Shown here piece by piece: positions 10,703 through 23,923 of a DNA stretch of 32,000 bases (position 1 is the stretch's first letter; every line of letters begins with the position of its first letter). The notes beneath the pieces are model-generated. The model saw nothing but the letters and a program-made list of their open reading frames with translations. It did no database searches and was not told where the DNA came from. A program made the translations under genes and the position numbers. The stretch is from the sequence record OZ374592.1, one strand, 5' to 3'.

Positions 10703-13700
10703 GTGTCTCAAAAGAAAATAACTACATCTATATTTCCAGATTTAGCAGCTATTCAAAGAGAGAGTTTTAGATCTTTTCTATCCGTTGGATTAGTAGAAGT
10801 ATTAAGCTCTTTTCCAATTATTATGGATCCGACAAGTAAACTAGAATTACAGTTTTTTGGTAGAGATTATAAATTAAAATTTCCTCGTTATAGTGTGAGA
10901 AAGGCAAAAAGTAGGGATAGAACATACAGTGCTCAAATATATATACCTTCTAAATTAACTAGAAAAGATACAGAGTTAATAAAAAAAAATAAAAATACAG
11001 ATGTCTCAAATTTTATTAATTTACAAGATAAAAATAAAAAATATAAAAAAAGACCTGTCTTTGTCGGTGATTTACCTTTAATGACAAATAGGGGTACATT
11101 TATTATATCAGGAACTGAACGAGTAATTATTAATCAAATTGTAAGAAGCCCAGGTATTTATTATAAACAAGAATTAGATAAAAATGACAAGCAAATATAT
11201 AGCGCTAGCTTAATTTCTAATCGTGGTTCATGGTTAAAATTTGAAATAGATTCAAAAAGTCAAATATGGGTAAGAATAGATAAAACTCATAAAGTGAATG
11301 CATATGTATTTTTAAGGGCTATTGGCTTAAGTAATGAAGATATACAAAAAAATTTAACACAGTATTCTTTTTTAATTAATGCTTCTTTAGCATATGAAAA
11401 AAAAGAATTAGAGAAAGAGCTAGGAAAAATATCTGTAGAAGAGATAACAGATGAAGAAGCATTGTTAATTGTTTATGGAAAATTAAGACCTAATGAGCCA
11501 GCAACAGTAGCAGTAGCTAAACAGATGCTTTATGCTCGTTTTTTTGATCCTAAGCGCTATGATCTAGGTGAAGTTGGTCGTCATAAAATTAATAAAAAAT
11601 TAAATTTAAAAATACCAAAATCTTTTAGAGTTTTATCACCGCAAGATATTTTAGTTGCTATTGATTATTTAATTAATGTTAAAACACAGAATGTAGGTAC
11701 CTTTGATGATATAGATCATTTGGGAAATAGAAGGGTACGTTCTGTAGGCGAATTATTACAAAATCAAATACGTATCGGTCTAAATCGTTTAGAAAGAATT
11801 ATTCGTGAACGTATGACAATTTGTGATTTAGATTCTTTAAGTTTGTCTAATTTAGTTAACCCTAAGCCTTTAATGGCTGCAGTTAGAGAGTTTTTTGGAT
11901 CTAGTCAATTATCTCAATTTATGGACCAGACTAATCCATTATCTGAATTAACTCACAAGCGTAGAATTAGTGCATTAGGTCCAGGAGGTTTAAATAAAGA
12001 TCGTGCAGGTTTTGCTGTTAGAGATTTACATCCAAGTCATTATGGTCGCATATGTCCAATAGAAACTCCTGAAGGTCCTAATGCAGGATTAATAGGCTCT
12101 CTAAGTATTTATGCCAGAGTTAATAAATATGGTTTTATAGAGACGCCTTGTTATAAGGTAGAGGTAGGTAGAGTTTTAAATAATCATAAACCTGTTTATT
12201 TAACTGCTGATGAAGAAGATGATTTACGTATTGCACCAGCAGATATTTCTATAGATAATAATAATTATATTAACAATAATATTATTCCTGTTCGTTATAG
12301 GCAAGAGTTTATAACAGCTAATAGAGATCAAGTAGATTATATAGCAGTTTCTCCTATTCAGGTTATCTCAGCCGCAACTTCTTTAATACCTTTTTTAGAG
12401 CATGATGATGCTAATCGTGCCTTAATGGGGTCAAATATGCAAAGACAAGCAGTGCCTTTGTTATATCCAGAAAAATCTATCGTTGGTACAGGTTTAGAGT
12501 CTAAAGTAGCTAAAGATTCAGGTATGGTCGTAGTGAGTAGAACAGATGGTGTAGTTAGTTATGTATCAGGAACAAAAATTGGTATTCAAGATTTAGAAGG
12601 TAGAACTATTCATTATAGATTAAAAAAATATTATCGTTCTAATCAGGATACCTGTATAAATCAACGTCCTGTTGTGTGGCCTGGTGAGAAAATTCTTAGT
12701 GGACAAATAATAGCTGATGGTGCCTCTACAGATGGTGGTGAAATAGCGTTGGGTAGAAATATTTTAGTTTCATATATGCCTTGGGAAGGATATAATTATG
12801 AAGATGCTTTTTTAATTAGTGAACGTTTAATTTATGAAGATATCTATACCTCTATTCATATTGAAAGATATGAATTGGAGTGTCGACAGACTAAACTAGG
12901 ACCTGAAGAAATCACACGTGATATACCAAATGTCAGTGAGTCATCAATCAGTTTACTTGATAAAAATGGTATTATTGCTATTGGTTCATGGGTAGATTCA
13001 GGAGATATTTTGGTAGGTAAAATAACGCCCAAAGGAGAAGCTGATCAATTACCAGAAGGTAAGTTATTAAGGGCAATATTTGGTGAAAAAGCAAGAGATG
13101 TAAGAGATACTTCTTTAAGATTGCCAAATGCAGCAAAAGGCCGAGTTGTAAATATTAAATTATTTACACGTCAAAAAGGTGATGAATTGCCTCCAGGTAC
13201 GAATGCTATTATAAGAGTATATGTTGCTCAAAAAAGAAAAATTCAAGTAGGTGATAAAATGGCTGGTCGTCATGGGAATAAAGGAATAATTTCACGAATA
13301 TTACCAAGACAAGATATGCCATACTTACCAGATGGTACGCCTATTGATATTATCTTAAATCCATTAGGTGTACCATCACGTATGAATGTTGGTCAATTAT
13401 TTGAGTGTTTATTAGGATTAGCAGGTGAATATCTAGGAAAACGTTTTAAAATTATTCCTTTTGATGAAATGTATGGCAAAGAAGCTTCAAGGGCTTTAGT
13501 CAATAATAAGTTAAAGCAAGCTAGCTTATTAAGTAAACAATCATGGTTATTTAGTGCTTTACATCCAGGAAAAATTATTTTATTTGACGGTAGAACAGGG
13601 GAACCATTTGATAATCCTGTAACAGTAGGTAAAGCTTATATTCTAAAGTTGGTACATTTAGTAGATGATAAAATTCATGCAAGATCTACAGGCCCATATT

Positions 13701-14104
13701 CTTTAGTAACTCAACAACCTTTAGGTGGACGTGCACAACATGGGGGTCAGAGATTAGGCGAGATGGAGGTTTGGGCATTAGAGGCTTTTGGAGCAGCATA
13801 TACTTTACAAGAATTACTTACTGTAAAATCTGATGATATGCAAGGGAGAAATGAAGCTTTGAATGCTATTGTTAAAGGTAAGCCTATTCCTAAGCCAGGT
13901 ACGCCAGAATCTTTCAAGGTTCTCATGAGAGAATTACAATCTTTGGGTTTAGATATAGCCGTTCATAAAGTGGAATTATTTGAAAATGGTAAAAATCAAG
14001 GTATTGAAGTTGATTTAATGTCTCAGGAAGAAGATCGTGCAATATTTGTACAAAATGATAAAGATAATATAGATAATTTAGATATTCAGAATAATTTTTT
14101 TTAA
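10703..14104 (+). CDS. rpoB: RNA polymerase beta subunit; probable GTG start at 10703 (in-frame TTG at 10691 is the alternative)
   Basis: Conserved motifs include [30 protein letters not shown] and [24 protein letters not shown]. There is no in-frame ATG near the 5' end. GGAG at 10693-10696 lies 6 nt before the GTG. Confidence 0.96.
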   Translation: MSQKKITTSIFPDLAAIQRESFRSFLSVGLVEVLSSFPIIMDPTSKLELQFFGRDYKLKFPRYSVRKAKSRDRTYSAQIYIPSKLTRKDTELIKKNKNTDVSNFINLQDKNKKYKKRPVFVGDLPLMTNRGTFIISGTERVIINQIVRSPGIYYKQELDKNDKQIYSASLISNRGSWLKFEIDSKSQIWVRIDKTHKVNAYVFLRAIGLSNEDIQKNLTQYSFLINASLAYEKKELEKELGKISVEEITDEEALLIVYGKLRPNEPATVAVAKQMLYARFFDPKRYDLGEVGRHKINKKLNLKIPKSFRVLSPQDILVAIDYLINVKTQNVGTFDDIDHLGNRRVRSVGELLQNQIRIGLNRLERIIRERMTICDLDSLSLSNLVNPKPLMAAVREFFGSSQLSQFMDQTNPLSELTHKRRISALGPGGLNKDRAGFAVRDLHPSHYGRICPIETPEGPNAGLIGSLSIYARVNKYGFIETPCYKVEVGRVLNNHKPVYLTADEEDDLRIAPADISIDNNNYINNNIIPVRYRQEFITANRDQVDYIAVSPIQVISAATSLIPFLEHDDANRALMGSNMQRQAVPLLYPEKSIVGTGLESKVAKDSGMVVVSRTDGVVSYVSGTKIGIQDLEGRTIHYRLKKYYRSNQDTCINQRPVVWPGEKILSGQIIADGASTDGGEIALGRNILVSYMPWEGYNYEDAFLISERLIYEDIYTSIHIERYELECRQTKLGPEEITRDIPNVSESSISLLDKNGIIAIGSWVDSGDILVGKITPKGEADQLPEGKLLRAIFGEKARDVRDTSLRLPNAAKGRVVNIKLFTRQKGDELPPGTNAIIRVYVAQKRKIQVGDKMAGRHGNKGIISRILPRQDMPYLPDGTPIDIILNPLGVPSRMNVGQLFECLLGLAGEYLGKRFKIIPFDEMYGKEASRALVNNKLKQASLLSKQSWLFSALHPGKIILFDGRTGEPFDNPVTVGKAYILKLVHLVDDKIHARSTGPYSLVTQQPLGGRAQHGGQRLGEMEVWALEAFGAAYTLQELLTVKSDDMQGRNEALNAIVKGKPIPKPGTPESFKVLMRELQSLGLDIAVHKVELFENGKNQGIEVDLMSQEEDRAIFVQNDKDNIDNLDIQNNFF

Positions 14105-14185
14105 TAAATGTTTTTTGTGAATTAATAATTATGAAATTTTGTGTTTTCCTGTTTATTTATAATTTTATAGGAATATGTTATTTAT

Positions 14186-16075
14186 ATGAATAAATTTGAA
14201 AGGCAATTTGATTATGTGAAAATTAGTTTAGCTTCTCCAAATAAAATCAGGGAATGGGGTGAAAGAACTTTACCAAATGGTCAAATAGTCGGTGAAGTTA
14301 CAAAGCCAGAAACAATTAATTATAGAACATTAAAGCCTGAGATGGATGGGCTGTTTTGTGAAAGGATTTTTGGTCCTGTGAAAGACTGGGAATGCCATTG
14401 TGGTAAATATAAAAGGTTTAGATATAAAGGAGTAGTTTGTGAGAGGTGTGGAGTTGAAGTTACAGAATCAAAAGTTCGCAGACATAGAATGGCATATATT
14501 GAGTTATCTGCACCCGTAACTCATGTCTGGTATCTTAAGGGAAGTACAAGCTATATAGCTTTAGCATTAGATTTAACGGTTAAAGATATAGAAAAGATAG
14601 TATATTTTCATTCTTATGTAGTTACTAATCCTGGTAATTCAGGCTTATTAAATTATAAACAATTATTAGAAGGATATGAATGGAGGGCATTAGAGGAGAA
14701 ATTATATCCACAATCATCAAATTTATTTGGTATTGAAGTTAGTATTGGTGCTGAAGCTATATATAAACTATTAAAACATATTGATTTAGAAACAACAGTA
14801 GAAATTTTAAGAGAAGAATCTTTGAATCCACCAAAAATTTTTAAAAATCCTTCTCCTAAATTTAATAAAAAAATGAAAAGATTACGTTTACTGGAGAATT
14901 TTATTTCGACAGGTGCTGATCCTTCTTGGATGGTTTTCTCTGTAATTCCAGTTATTCCTCCAGATTTACGGCCTATGGTCCAATTGGATGGTGGTAGATT
15001 TGCAACTGCGGATTTAAATGAATTCTATCGTAGAATTATTAACAGAAATAATCGTTTATCTAGATTAAAAGCTATATTAGCACCAGAAATTATTATTAGA
15101 AATGAAAAACGCATGCTTCAAGAGGCAGTAGATTCATTAATGGATAATGGTCGTCGTGGTAGAACAGTTGTTGGAGCACACAATAGGCCTTTGAAATCAT
15201 TATCAGATATTATAGAAGGTAAACAAGGAAGATTTCGTCAAAATTTATTAGGTAAACGGGTTGATTATTCAGGTAGATCAGTTATTGTTGTAGGCCCAAG
15301 TTTAAAGTTACATCAATGTGGTTTACCTAGGGAGATGGCTTTAGAATTATTTCAGCCATTTGTGATTCATCGTTTAATTTTACAAGGTCTAGTAAATAAT
15401 ATTAAAGCGGCTAAAAAAATTATTCAAAAAAATGAATTAATTGTATGGAGTGTATTAGAAGAAGTAATTCACGGTCATCCTGTGTTATTAAATCGTGCAC
15501 CAACTTTGCATCGCTTAGGTATTCAAGCTTTTGAGCCTATTTTAGTCGAAGGTAGAGCAATTAAGTTACACCCTTTAGTTTGTCCAGCTTTTAATGCTGA
15601 TTTTGACGGTGATCAAATGGCTGTGCATATACCTTTATCATTAGAGGCCCAAGCGGAAGCTCGCTTATTAATGCTGGCACCAAATAATTTTTTATCTCCA
15701 GCAACAGGTCAACCAATTTTAATGCCAAGCCAAGATATGGTTCTTGGCTGTTATTATCTTACCTCTAATAATCCAGCTTCTCAAAAAGGCCATGGGCAGT
15801 ACTTCTCTAGTTTAGAAGATGCGTTAATGGCATATGAGCAAAAGCAAGTAGATTTACATGCTTTTATTTGGGTTAGATTTAAAGGTTTAATTGAGGATGT
15901 AGATGATGAAGATTTAATTAATATTCAATCGAACATAGACGCAACTAAAACATATATCTTTATTAATAGAATTATTAAGAAAGACATAAATAACAATTTA
16001 TTAGTACAGTATATGCGTACTACAGTCGGTCGTATTTTATTTAACAAAGTAATATACGAGTCTTTAGTAGAATAA
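14186..16075 (+). CDS. rpoC1: RNA polymerase beta' subunit (N-terminal half, split cyanobacterial/plastid type)
   Basis: A zinc-finger region (CHCGKYK...CERCGVEV) and the catalytic [12 protein letters not shown] motif. Length is 629 aa. Confidence 0.98.
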   Translation: MNKFERQFDYVKISLASPNKIREWGERTLPNGQIVGEVTKPETINYRTLKPEMDGLFCERIFGPVKDWECHCGKYKRFRYKGVVCERCGVEVTESKVRRHRMAYIELSAPVTHVWYLKGSTSYIALALDLTVKDIEKIVYFHSYVVTNPGNSGLLNYKQLLEGYEWRALEEKLYPQSSNLFGIEVSIGAEAIYKLLKHIDLETTVEILREESLNPPKIFKNPSPKFNKKMKRLRLLENFISTGADPSWMVFSVIPVIPPDLRPMVQLDGGRFATADLNEFYRRIINRNNRLSRLKAILAPEIIIRNEKRMLQEAVDSLMDNGRRGRTVVGAHNRPLKSLSDIIEGKQGRFRQNLLGKRVDYSGRSVIVVGPSLKLHQCGLPREMALELFQPFVIHRLILQGLVNNIKAAKKIIQKNELIVWSVLEEVIHGHPVLLNRAPTLHRLGIQAFEPILVEGRAIKLHPLVCPAFNADFDGDQMAVHIPLSLEAQAEARLLMLAPNNFLSPATGQPILMPSQDMVLGCYYLTSNNPASQKGHGQYFSSLEDALMAYEQKQVDLHAFIWVRFKGLIEDVDDEDLINIQSNIDATKTYIFINRIIKKDINNNLLVQYMRTTVGRILFNKVIYESLVE

Positions 16076-16107
16076 TTCTTATTTAATTTCCATAACGGAG
16101 AGGTTCA

Positions 16108-19100
16108 ATGAAAAAGCAAGGTGTATTACTTAAATTTTCTAATAAAGTTATAGATAAATATCAATTAAAGAAAATTATAGTATGGGCTTTTAGAAATTAT
16201 GGTATAGCTCGTGCGGCTAATATGGCAGATAAATTAAAAGATTTAGGTTTTTATTATGCTACTAAAGCAGGTATTTCTTTGAGTCTTGAAGATTTGAGAA
16301 TACCGCCAGCTAAAAAAACTTTGCTAAATAAGACAATTCAATCTATAGAAGATACAGATAATCGTCATAGCAGGGGAGAAATTACAGCTGTTGAAAGATT
16401 TCAAAAAGTAATTGATACATGGAATAATGCTAGTGAAGATTTAAAAAAAGAGGTCATACAATATTTTAAAAATACAGACCCATTGAATTCTATTTATATG
16501 ATGGCATTTTCAGGAGCTAGGGGCAATATTTCACAAGTAAGACAGTTAGTTGGTATGAGAGGTTTAATGGCAGATCCTCAAGGTCAAATTATAGACCTCC
16601 CAATTTCTAGTAATTTCAGAGAAGGTCTTACAATAACAGATTATTTTATTTCATCTTATGGTGCTAGAAAAGGTTTAGTTGATATTGCATTGCGTACAGC
16701 AGATTCTGGTTATTTAACACGTCGTTTAGTAGATGTAGCTCAAGATGTTATTATTCGAGAGGCTAATTGTAAAACTGCTAAAGGAATACTTTTAGAGCCA
16801 ATGTTAGATAATCAAAAGGTTTTAATAACTTTAAAGCAAGCTCTTTTAGGAAGAGTATTAGCTGAAAATATTATAGATACTATATCAAATACTATTATTG
16901 CTTATGCAGGTAGTGCAATAGATCCAATTTTGTCAGATAAAATTGTTAATTCTGGGTGTCATAGTGTTTTAGTTCGTTCTCCTCTTACTTGTGATTCGAT
17001 TAGGTCTGTATGTCAATTATGTTATGGATGGAATTTAGCTCATGGTACAATGGTAGATTTGGGTGAAGCTGTTGGCATCATCGCTGCACAATCAATAGGA
17101 GAGCCTGGTACACAATTGACAATGAGAACTTTTCATACAGGTGGTGTATTTACAGGAGAATTAGCGCAAAATATATTTAGTCCTAATGATGCTCAAGTAC
17201 ATTACTTAGATAATATGCTTATGAATCATGCAAGAACACGTCATGGTGATCAAGCAAAAATGATTAACGCAGATTGTAAATTGAAATTGATAGATGCTCA
17301 AAATAAAGAATTGTTAATAGCTTTACCTAGAGGAACGTTATTGTTAGTTAAGGATCAAACTTTTATAAAGGCAGGAGATATTATAGGTGAATACCCTTTA
17401 AGTAATCGTATTATTAAGGAGAGAGCTCAAAAAGTAGTAGTATCAGATTTTTCTGGTAGTATACATTTAACTGATTTAAATATAGAGAAATTAAATAATA
17501 AGCAGCATCTAGTGCAAAGTGCTAAACAAGATGGTGTACTATGGCTACTTTCCGGTATAGTTCATAATATTCCTAATGATGCAGAATTAATGATTGTAAA
17601 AGATCAATTAATAAATGAGAACTCTTTAGTGGCTAGAACACAATTAACAAGCAGATATAGTGGTTATATTCAGATTGTAGAAAAACGTAATAAAAGTTTA
17701 AGTAAGCAGATTTTAGTTATTACATCATCTAAAGTATTATGTAATATGAAGGTTTATTTAGCTAATAATGAATTATATCAAAATTATTTTTTAGAAACTG
17801 ATAATAGCGATAAATTTATGTTACTTGTTTCTCCTAAGCAAAAAATAATACATAATCAAATTTTAGGAAACCTTATTTCTAATGTATATAAAACTAATAC
17901 AGGAGGAATTATTAAATACTTAGATTTAACAGTATCTAAGAAGCAAACAGATAATATCAATGAGTATTATGATATTTTAGACTCTGGGTATATTTTATGG
18001 ATTCCTGAAGAAACTCATGAAATCAATAAAGACATTTCTTTGCTATTAGTTAAGCATGGTGATTTTGTTGAAGCAGGTACAGAAATTATTAAGAATATTT
18101 TTGCTAATAATTCAGGAATTCTTGAAGTGATACAAAAAGATGGTATTATTAGAGAAGTTGTTATAAAGCCAGGAAAAATTTATCAAATTAATAATAATAA
18201 TATTAATCAACGTTTAGGTAAAAACAGAGGATTTTTAAGACCAGGAGAAAATATAACTGATAATATAGTTACAGATAAGCTTGTATATTGGGAGTATATA
18301 TATACAAAAATGTCTAAAATTATTTTAATTCGACCTGTTATTGTTTATTCTGTGCCTAATAAAAATTTTGTTTGTAATTATACTGATGATTCTTTTGGTA
18401 CTGATTTATTTAATATAAATATTGTTAGAAGAACATATTTTAGAGACGGGGCGAGAGTTAAATCTGTACATGGAGTGGATCTAATTAAAACACATTTAAT
18501 CGCAAAATTAGATCAAAAAATTATACAAATGAGATGTATAATTGAATTTGTGCCAAATCAATTGGACAAAAAGTTTTGGTTATTAAAACTTAATACGGCT
18601 GATATATTATCATTAAAAGAAAATAGTATAGTAAATAATAAAAATTTTTATACAAAAACTAGAATTAAAGTTAAAAACGGACAATATGTTATTAGTGGTT
18701 CAGTTATAGCGCAAACAGAAACATTGTCATCTTTAAGTGGTAAAATAGAATCTATTGAAGTAACAAAATCCTCTGCAAGTCGCATAATGATTATTAGTAA
18801 TCTTGATACACGAACTTTCTCTATCACTAATAATCAATTAATTAAAGTTAGAATTAATGATTGGGTTTATGCTGGTGATGAAATAGCAACAAATTTACAA
18901 ACACTTCATTCAGGTAAAATTATTGCTATTCGAGATAATCAAATAATTCTTCGTATTGGACAACCTTATTTAATTTCTAAAGATTCTATTTTACATGTTA
19001 ATAATAAGAGTCTTATTAAAAGAGGAGAAAATATAGCAACATTGATATTTGAAAGAGCTAAAACAGGTGATATTATTCAAGGATTACCTCGTATAGAGGA

Positions 19101-19827
19101 AATACTTGAAGCTCGTAAAAAATCAGATAATTCTTTTAACCCTCATTTTATTTTAGAATCCAGTTTTCGTGATTATATAAGACAGGGGTTAAGTATTTAT
19201 GATGCTACAAGATTAAGTTTTTTAGAAACACAATTATCTTTAGTAAAAGAGGTTCAATTAGTGTATCAATCTCAAGGTGTAGAGATTTCTGATAAGCATA
19301 TTGAAGTAATTGTCAGACAAATGACTGCTAAAGTTAAAATAGAGAGCGGTGGTGATACAGATTTTTTACCTGGTGAAATGATTGAATTGCAAAAAATAGA
19401 ATCTGTAAATAAATCGTTAGTTCTCATTAATAAAGATCCTGCTACATATCATCCAATTCTTCTAGGCATTACAAAAGCATCATTAAATACAGAAAGCTTT
19501 ATATCTGCAGCTAGTTTTCAAGAGACTACAAAAGTTTTAACAGATGCTGCTATTTCAGGTAAATTAGATTGGCTAAGAGGATTAAAAGAAAATGTAATTA
19601 TTGGTCGCTTAATACCTGCAGGAACAGGTTTTAATATTTATAGTAATCCATTGTTTAGTAACAAAAATGATATCTTTAATGAAAGTGTAAACGTTTTGAA
19701 AAAAGAAAATATAGTGATGAATAATAAACAATATGATTTTGAAGATATTATTTTAGATGATAGAAGTGCAAGAAATTATCCTGATATTTTTCAAGATCAT
19801 AAAGAAGCGGATAATCTGAATACATAA
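16108..19827 (+). CDS. rpoC2: RNA polymerase beta'' subunit
   Basis: Conserved motifs include MAFSGARGNISQVRQLVGMRGLMADPQG, GEAVGIIAAQSIGEPGTQLTMRTFHTGGVF and a C-terminal GLPRIEEILEAR. A large variable central insertion is present. A GGAGAGG Shine-Dalgarno precedes the ATG. Confidence 0.97.
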   Translation: MKKQGVLLKFSNKVIDKYQLKKIIVWAFRNYGIARAANMADKLKDLGFYYATKAGISLSLEDLRIPPAKKTLLNKTIQSIEDTDNRHSRGEITAVERFQKVIDTWNNASEDLKKEVIQYFKNTDPLNSIYMMAFSGARGNISQVRQLVGMRGLMADPQGQIIDLPISSNFREGLTITDYFISSYGARKGLVDIALRTADSGYLTRRLVDVAQDVIIREANCKTAKGILLEPMLDNQKVLITLKQALLGRVLAENIIDTISNTIIAYAGSAIDPILSDKIVNSGCHSVLVRSPLTCDSIRSVCQLCYGWNLAHGTMVDLGEAVGIIAAQSIGEPGTQLTMRTFHTGGVFTGELAQNIFSPNDAQVHYLDNMLMNHARTRHGDQAKMINADCKLKLIDAQNKELLIALPRGTLLLVKDQTFIKAGDIIGEYPLSNRIIKERAQKVVVSDFSGSIHLTDLNIEKLNNKQHLVQSAKQDGVLWLLSGIVHNIPNDAELMIVKDQLINENSLVARTQLTSRYSGYIQIVEKRNKSLSKQILVITSSKVLCNMKVYLANNELYQNYFLETDNSDKFMLLVSPKQKIIHNQILGNLISNVYKTNTGGIIKYLDLTVSKKQTDNINEYYDILDSGYILWIPEETHEINKDISLLLVKHGDFVEAGTEIIKNIFANNSGILEVIQKDGIIREVVIKPGKIYQINNNNINQRLGKNRGFLRPGENITDNIVTDKLVYWEYIYTKMSKIILIRPVIVYSVPNKNFVCNYTDDSFGTDLFNINIVRRTYFRDGARVKSVHGVDLIKTHLIAKLDQKIIQMRCIIEFVPNQLDKKFWLLKLNTADILSLKENSIVNNKNFYTKTRIKVKNGQYVISGSVIAQTETLSSLSGKIESIEVTKSSASRIMIISNLDTRTFSITNNQLIKVRINDWVYAGDEIATNLQTLHSGKIIAIRDNQIILRIGQPYLISKDSILHVNNKSLIKRGENIATLIFERAKTGDIIQGLPRIEEILEARKKSDNSFNPHFILESSFRDYIRQGLSIYDATRLSFLETQLSLVKEVQLVYQSQGVEISDKHIEVIVRQMTAKVKIESGGDTDFLPGEMIELQKIESVNKSLVLINKDPATYHPILLGITKASLNTESFISAASFQETTKVLTDAAISGKLDWLRGLKENVIIGRLIPAGTGFNIYSNPLFSNKNDIFNESVNVLKKENIVMNNKQYDFEDIILDDRSARNYPDIFQDHKEADNLNT

Positions 19828-19967
19828 ATGATTGAATAATGTATAATATCTTTTTTGATTATTATTTATTTTATTTTTTTTTTAAATTTTATATAATTAT
19901 ATTTAAGTTTTATTTAAGTGCATAGGTTTAGATATTAACCGTTATATTTTTTATAGGTATCTTCATT

Positions 19968-20654
19968 ATGGCAGTAGTATCATTATCTGAATTATTAGAA
20001 GCAGGTGTGCATTTTGGACATCAGGCAAGACGCTGGAATCCTAAAATGTTTCCTTATATTTATACGGAACGTAATGGTATACATATTATAGATTTAGTGC
20101 AAACAGCTCAATTATTAACAGAAGCATGTGATTTTATTAAGAATTGTTCAAATGAAGGAAAAAACTTTTTATTTCTTGGAACAAAAAGACAAGCTTCAGG
20201 TATTATTGCTCAAGAAGCTTTACGCTCTAACTCTTATTATGTTAATCAGAGGTGGCTTGGCGGTATGTTAACTAATTGGGTAACTATAAAATCAAGAGTT
20301 GATAGACTAAAGGAGTTAGAAAAACAAGAGGAATCTGGCATAATTGATCAATTACCGAAGAAAGAGGGATCAGCAATAAGAAGAGAATTAGCTAAGCTCA
20401 AGAAACATTTAGATGGTATCAAAAATATGCAAAGAATACCAGATTTAATTATTATTGTAGATCAAAAAAGAGAAACAACTGCAATTCAGGAGTGTATTAA
20501 ATTAGGTATACCGACTATATGCATTTTAGATACAAATTGTAATCCTGATATTATAGATATTCCAATACCAGCTAATGATGATGCAATTAGGTCTATTAAA
20601 TTAGTTCTTAGTAAAATAGCTGATGCTATTTTAGAAGGTGAGAAAAAAGACTAA
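19968..20654 (+). CDS. rps2: Ribosomal protein S2
   Basis: The N-terminus [24 protein letters not shown] is a typical S2 signature. Length is 228 aa. Confidence 0.97.
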   Translation: MAVVSLSELLEAGVHFGHQARRWNPKMFPYIYTERNGIHIIDLVQTAQLLTEACDFIKNCSNEGKNFLFLGTKRQASGIIAQEALRSNSYYVNQRWLGGMLTNWVTIKSRVDRLKELEKQEESGIIDQLPKKEGSAIRRELAKLKKHLDGIKNMQRIPDLIIIVDQKRETTAIQECIKLGIPTICILDTNCNPDIIDIPIPANDDAIRSIKLVLSKIADAILEGEKKD

Positions 20655-20739
20655 TTGAATTAAATTAATTAATTTTTTATATAATCATTATAAATGGTTT
20701 AATTTAAAATAATAAACTAAGAAATAAGGAAAAATGATA

Positions 20740-21402
20740 ATGTCAATAGAAGTTTCTGTGCAAGATGTAAAAGAATTGCGTGATCAAACAGGCGCTGGAA
20801 TGATGGATTGCAAAAGAGCTTTGCAAGATGCAGAAGGCAATACAGAACTTGCAATAGAAAATTTAAGAAAAAAAGGGTTAGCGTCTGCAGCTAAAAAGTC
20901 TAATAGAATTACTGCAGAAGGTCTTATCGAAAGTTATATTCATACAGGTTCAAAAGTAGGTGTTTTAGTTGAATTAAATTGTGAAACAGATTTTGTTTCA
21001 AGAAGCGAAGAGTTTCATCAATTGGCTAAAGATATTGCTATGCAAATAGTTGCATGTCCCTTAGTGCAATATGTATCTGTAGATGAGATAGATGAATATA
21101 TTATTCAAAATGAAAGAAGAATAGAGTTAGAAAAAGAAGATTTAATTAATAAGCCAAAAAGTATTAAGGAAAAAATTGTTGATGGTAGAATTGAGAAAAG
21201 ATTAAAAGAAATCAGTTTAATGCATCAGCCATTTATTAAAAATCAAAATTTATTAATTGATGATCTAATTAAGGAAAATATTGCAAGGATTGGAGAAAAT
21301 ATTAAGATTAGGCGCTTTCAAAAATTTTCGTTAGGAGATGGTTTACAAAAGAGGTCTAATAATTTTGCTTCTGAAGTTGCTGGAGCAATAAGCAATAGTT
21401 AA
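20740..21402 (+). CDS. tsf: Translation elongation factor Ts; the start is either 20740 (MSIEVS...) or 20734
   Basis: The protein carries [19 protein letters not shown], which is a UBA-like EF-Ts N-terminus. The AAGGA Shine-Dalgarno at 20726-20730 is 9 nt from the 20740 ATG but only 3 nt from the 20734 ATG. Confidence 0.92.
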   Translation: MSIEVSVQDVKELRDQTGAGMMDCKRALQDAEGNTELAIENLRKKGLASAAKKSNRITAEGLIESYIHTGSKVGVLVELNCETDFVSRSEEFHQLAKDIAMQIVACPLVQYVSVDEIDEYIIQNERRIELEKEDLINKPKSIKEKIVDGRIEKRLKEISLMHQPFIKNQNLLIDDLIKENIARIGENIKIRRFQKFSLGDGLQKRSNNFASEVAGAISNS

Positions 21403-21608
21403 ATAATATAGAACAATTATTTTAGCAATAATTATTAAAATCTTTTCAATAATGTTAAATAATTACTAGATCGATATATAATTAAAGGTAATAGTGTTGT
21501 TATTTTAACAAAATATAAATATCAAAACCAGCTTAATATATTTTAATTAATAATTTTTTATTTAATATGAAATTATTATTGTATCATTTATCAGAGTTAT
21601 AATCTTTT

Positions 21609-22355
21609 ATGTATCAACAAGAAATTCAAGTAGTTACTTCTTTTGTCGCAATTGCTGCAGTTGAGGTAGGTAAGCATTTATATTGGGAAGTAGGTGGATA
21701 TAAAATTCATGGACAAGTTTTTATTGTTTCTTGGTTAGTCATCGGTGTATTATTATCTATTGCAGTTGCTGGTACACAAAACTTAGACAGAATCCCGAAA
21801 AAATTTCAAAATTTTATGGAGTTTATACTTGAATTTTTGCAAGATATTGCAAGAAATCAAATAGGCGAACATGAATATAGGCAATGGGTTCCATATATTG
21901 CTACAATCTTTTTATTTATTTTAGGCAGTAATTGGGCTGGGGCATTAATACCTTGGAAATTAATTCAATTACCTGAAGGTGAATTAGCCGCACCAACAAA
22001 TGACATTAATACAACAGTGGCTTTATCTTTACTTACTTCTTTATCTTATTTTTATGCAGGTATAAGCAAAAATGGTATAGGTTACTTTACAAGATACATT
22101 GAGCCAACACCTGTACTATTGCCTATTAATATTTTAGAAGATTTTACTAAACCATTATCTTTGAGTTTCAGGTTATTCGGTAATATTTTAGCAGATGAGT
22201 TAGTAGTTTCTGTATTTACTCTTCTAGTACCAATATTAATACCTTTGCCTGTTATGATACTAGGCTTATTTGCTAGTTCAATTCAAGCATTAATATTTTC
22301 TACTTTATCTGCTGCTTATATAGGAGAAGCTATGGAAGGTCATGGTGAGCATTAA
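21609..22355 (+). CDS. atpI: ATP synthase CF0 subunit a (IV)
   Basis: [20 protein letters not shown], plus [17 protein letters not shown] containing the essential Arg. Length is 248 aa. Confidence 0.95.
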   Translation: MYQQEIQVVTSFVAIAAVEVGKHLYWEVGGYKIHGQVFIVSWLVIGVLLSIAVAGTQNLDRIPKKFQNFMEFILEFLQDIARNQIGEHEYRQWVPYIATIFLFILGSNWAGALIPWKLIQLPEGELAAPTNDINTTVALSLLTSLSYFYAGISKNGIGYFTRYIEPTPVLLPINILEDFTKPLSLSFRLFGNILADELVVSVFTLLVPILIPLPVMILGLFASSIQALIFSTLSAAYIGEAMEGHGEH

Positions 22356-22415
22356 TTTATAAATATTTGTATTTTATGTATAATAAAGCATTAAATTATT
22401 TAATATAATAAATAA

Positions 22416-22724
<309 letters not shown>

Positions 22725-22735
22725 TTAAATTAATT

Positions 22736-22783
22736 ACGCTTAGTTTTTTTATTATATTTTATACAAATAAAAAAACTAAGCGT
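22736..22783 (+). terminator. 15-bp perfect stem-loop immediately after atpH, internal to the atp operon
   Basis: ACGCTTAGTTTTTTT (22736-22750), an 18-nt loop, then AAAAAAACTAAGCGT (22769-22783), followed by TTTTAT. Confidence 0.55.
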
Positions 22784-22832
22784 TTTATAAAAAATAAGTA
22801 TAGTTATAAACAAATAATATCTAAAATTAAAA

Positions 22833-23324
22833 ATGATAAATTTACCTCTTTTATTGGCTTTACAAGAATCAGTTACAGAAGTTGAAGGGGGTCTTTTTGA
22901 TTTTAATGCAACATTACCTTTAATGGCATTGCAATTTCTTGCTTTAACAGTAATATTAAATTTTGTTTTTTATAAACCTGTTAGCAATATATTGGATGAG
23001 AGAGATGAATATATTCGTAATAGTTTAACTACTGCATCTGCTTCTTTGCTTAAGGCTAATGATCTTACAAAAAAATACGAACAAGAGCTTGCTGAATCTA
23101 GAAAAAAGGCTCAAGAAATCATTAAAAATTCTCAACAAGAAGCACAACAGGTTGTTTCAATTAAAATTCAAGAAGCACAACAAGATGCAGAAAAATTGGT
23201 ATCTGAAGCATCTCAGCAATTAAATGTTCAAAAAGAACAAGCATTAAAAACTTTAGAGGATCAAGTAGGAGCTTTAAGTGAACAGATTAAACTAAAATTA
23301 TTGGGCAATGAATCAGTAGTTTAA
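22833..23324 (+). CDS. atpG: ATP synthase CF0 subunit b'
   Basis: [43 protein letters not shown] is the typical b' N-terminus. It occupies the expected position after atpH. Confidence 0.88.
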   Translation: MINLPLLLALQESVTEVEGGLFDFNATLPLMALQFLALTVILNFVFYKPVSNILDERDEYIRNSLTTASASLLKANDLTKKYEQELAESRKKAQEIIKNSQQEAQQVVSIKIQEAQQDAEKLVSEASQQLNVQKEQALKTLEDQVGALSEQIKLKLLGNESVV

Positions 23325-23380
23325 AACATCAGGATTATTCCAAGTCTTGTTAATATATAAATCAAGAGATCGAGGATATA

Positions 23381-23923
23381 ATGGAAAATACTATTCAAAT
23401 ATTTAAAATTGTTGCAGAGCAGCATTCTCAAAAAGCATTAAGTTTTAATACAAATTTTTTAGAGGCTAATGTTATTAATATAACTTTACTTGCATCAGGT
23501 TTAGTCTATTTATTGAAAAATTTTTTAGGTTCTATGCTTTCTGTTAGACAGAATAGAGTATTATCAGCAATACAAGAATCTGAAGAACGTTTACAGCAAG
23601 CTAATATTAGATTGGCTGAATCTGAAAAACAATTAGCTCAAACGCAAATAGTTATTGAGCAAATTATACAAGAGGCAGAATTAACTGCTCAAAAAGTCCG
23701 TGAGTCTATATTAGCTCAAGGCAAAATGGATATAGAGAGGCTAACTTTAGCAGGTAAAGCTAGTATTGCTACAGCTGAAAACCAAGTTAGACAACAAATT
23801 CAGAAACAAATTATCGCTTTAGCTATTAATAGAGTTTCCATGCAATTACAGAATCAGGTTAATATGGTAATTCAAGCAAAGCTTATAGATGATAATATTG
23901 CTGAACTTGGAGGTAATATATGA
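23381..23923 (+). CDS. atpF: ATP synthase CF0 subunit b
   Basis: A single N-terminal TM helix (INITLLASGLVYLLKNFLG) followed by a long charged coiled coil. It occupies the expected operon position. Confidence 0.85.
   Translation: MENTIQIFKIVAEQHSQKALSFNTNFLEANVINITLLASGLVYLLKNFLGSMLSVRQNRVLSAIQESEERLQQANIRLAESEKQLAQTQIVIEQIIQEAELTAQKVRESILAQGKMDIERLTLAGKASIATAENQVRQQIQKQIIALAINRVSMQLQNQVNMVIQAKLIDDNIAELGGNI

Noticed and set aside
17400-18800. Large poorly conserved N/I/K-rich block in the middle of rpoC2
   Set aside because: It corresponds to the known lineage-specific insertion in the trigger-loop region of cyanobacterial and plastid beta''. It is not an inserted element: the frame is continuous and there are no flanking repeats.
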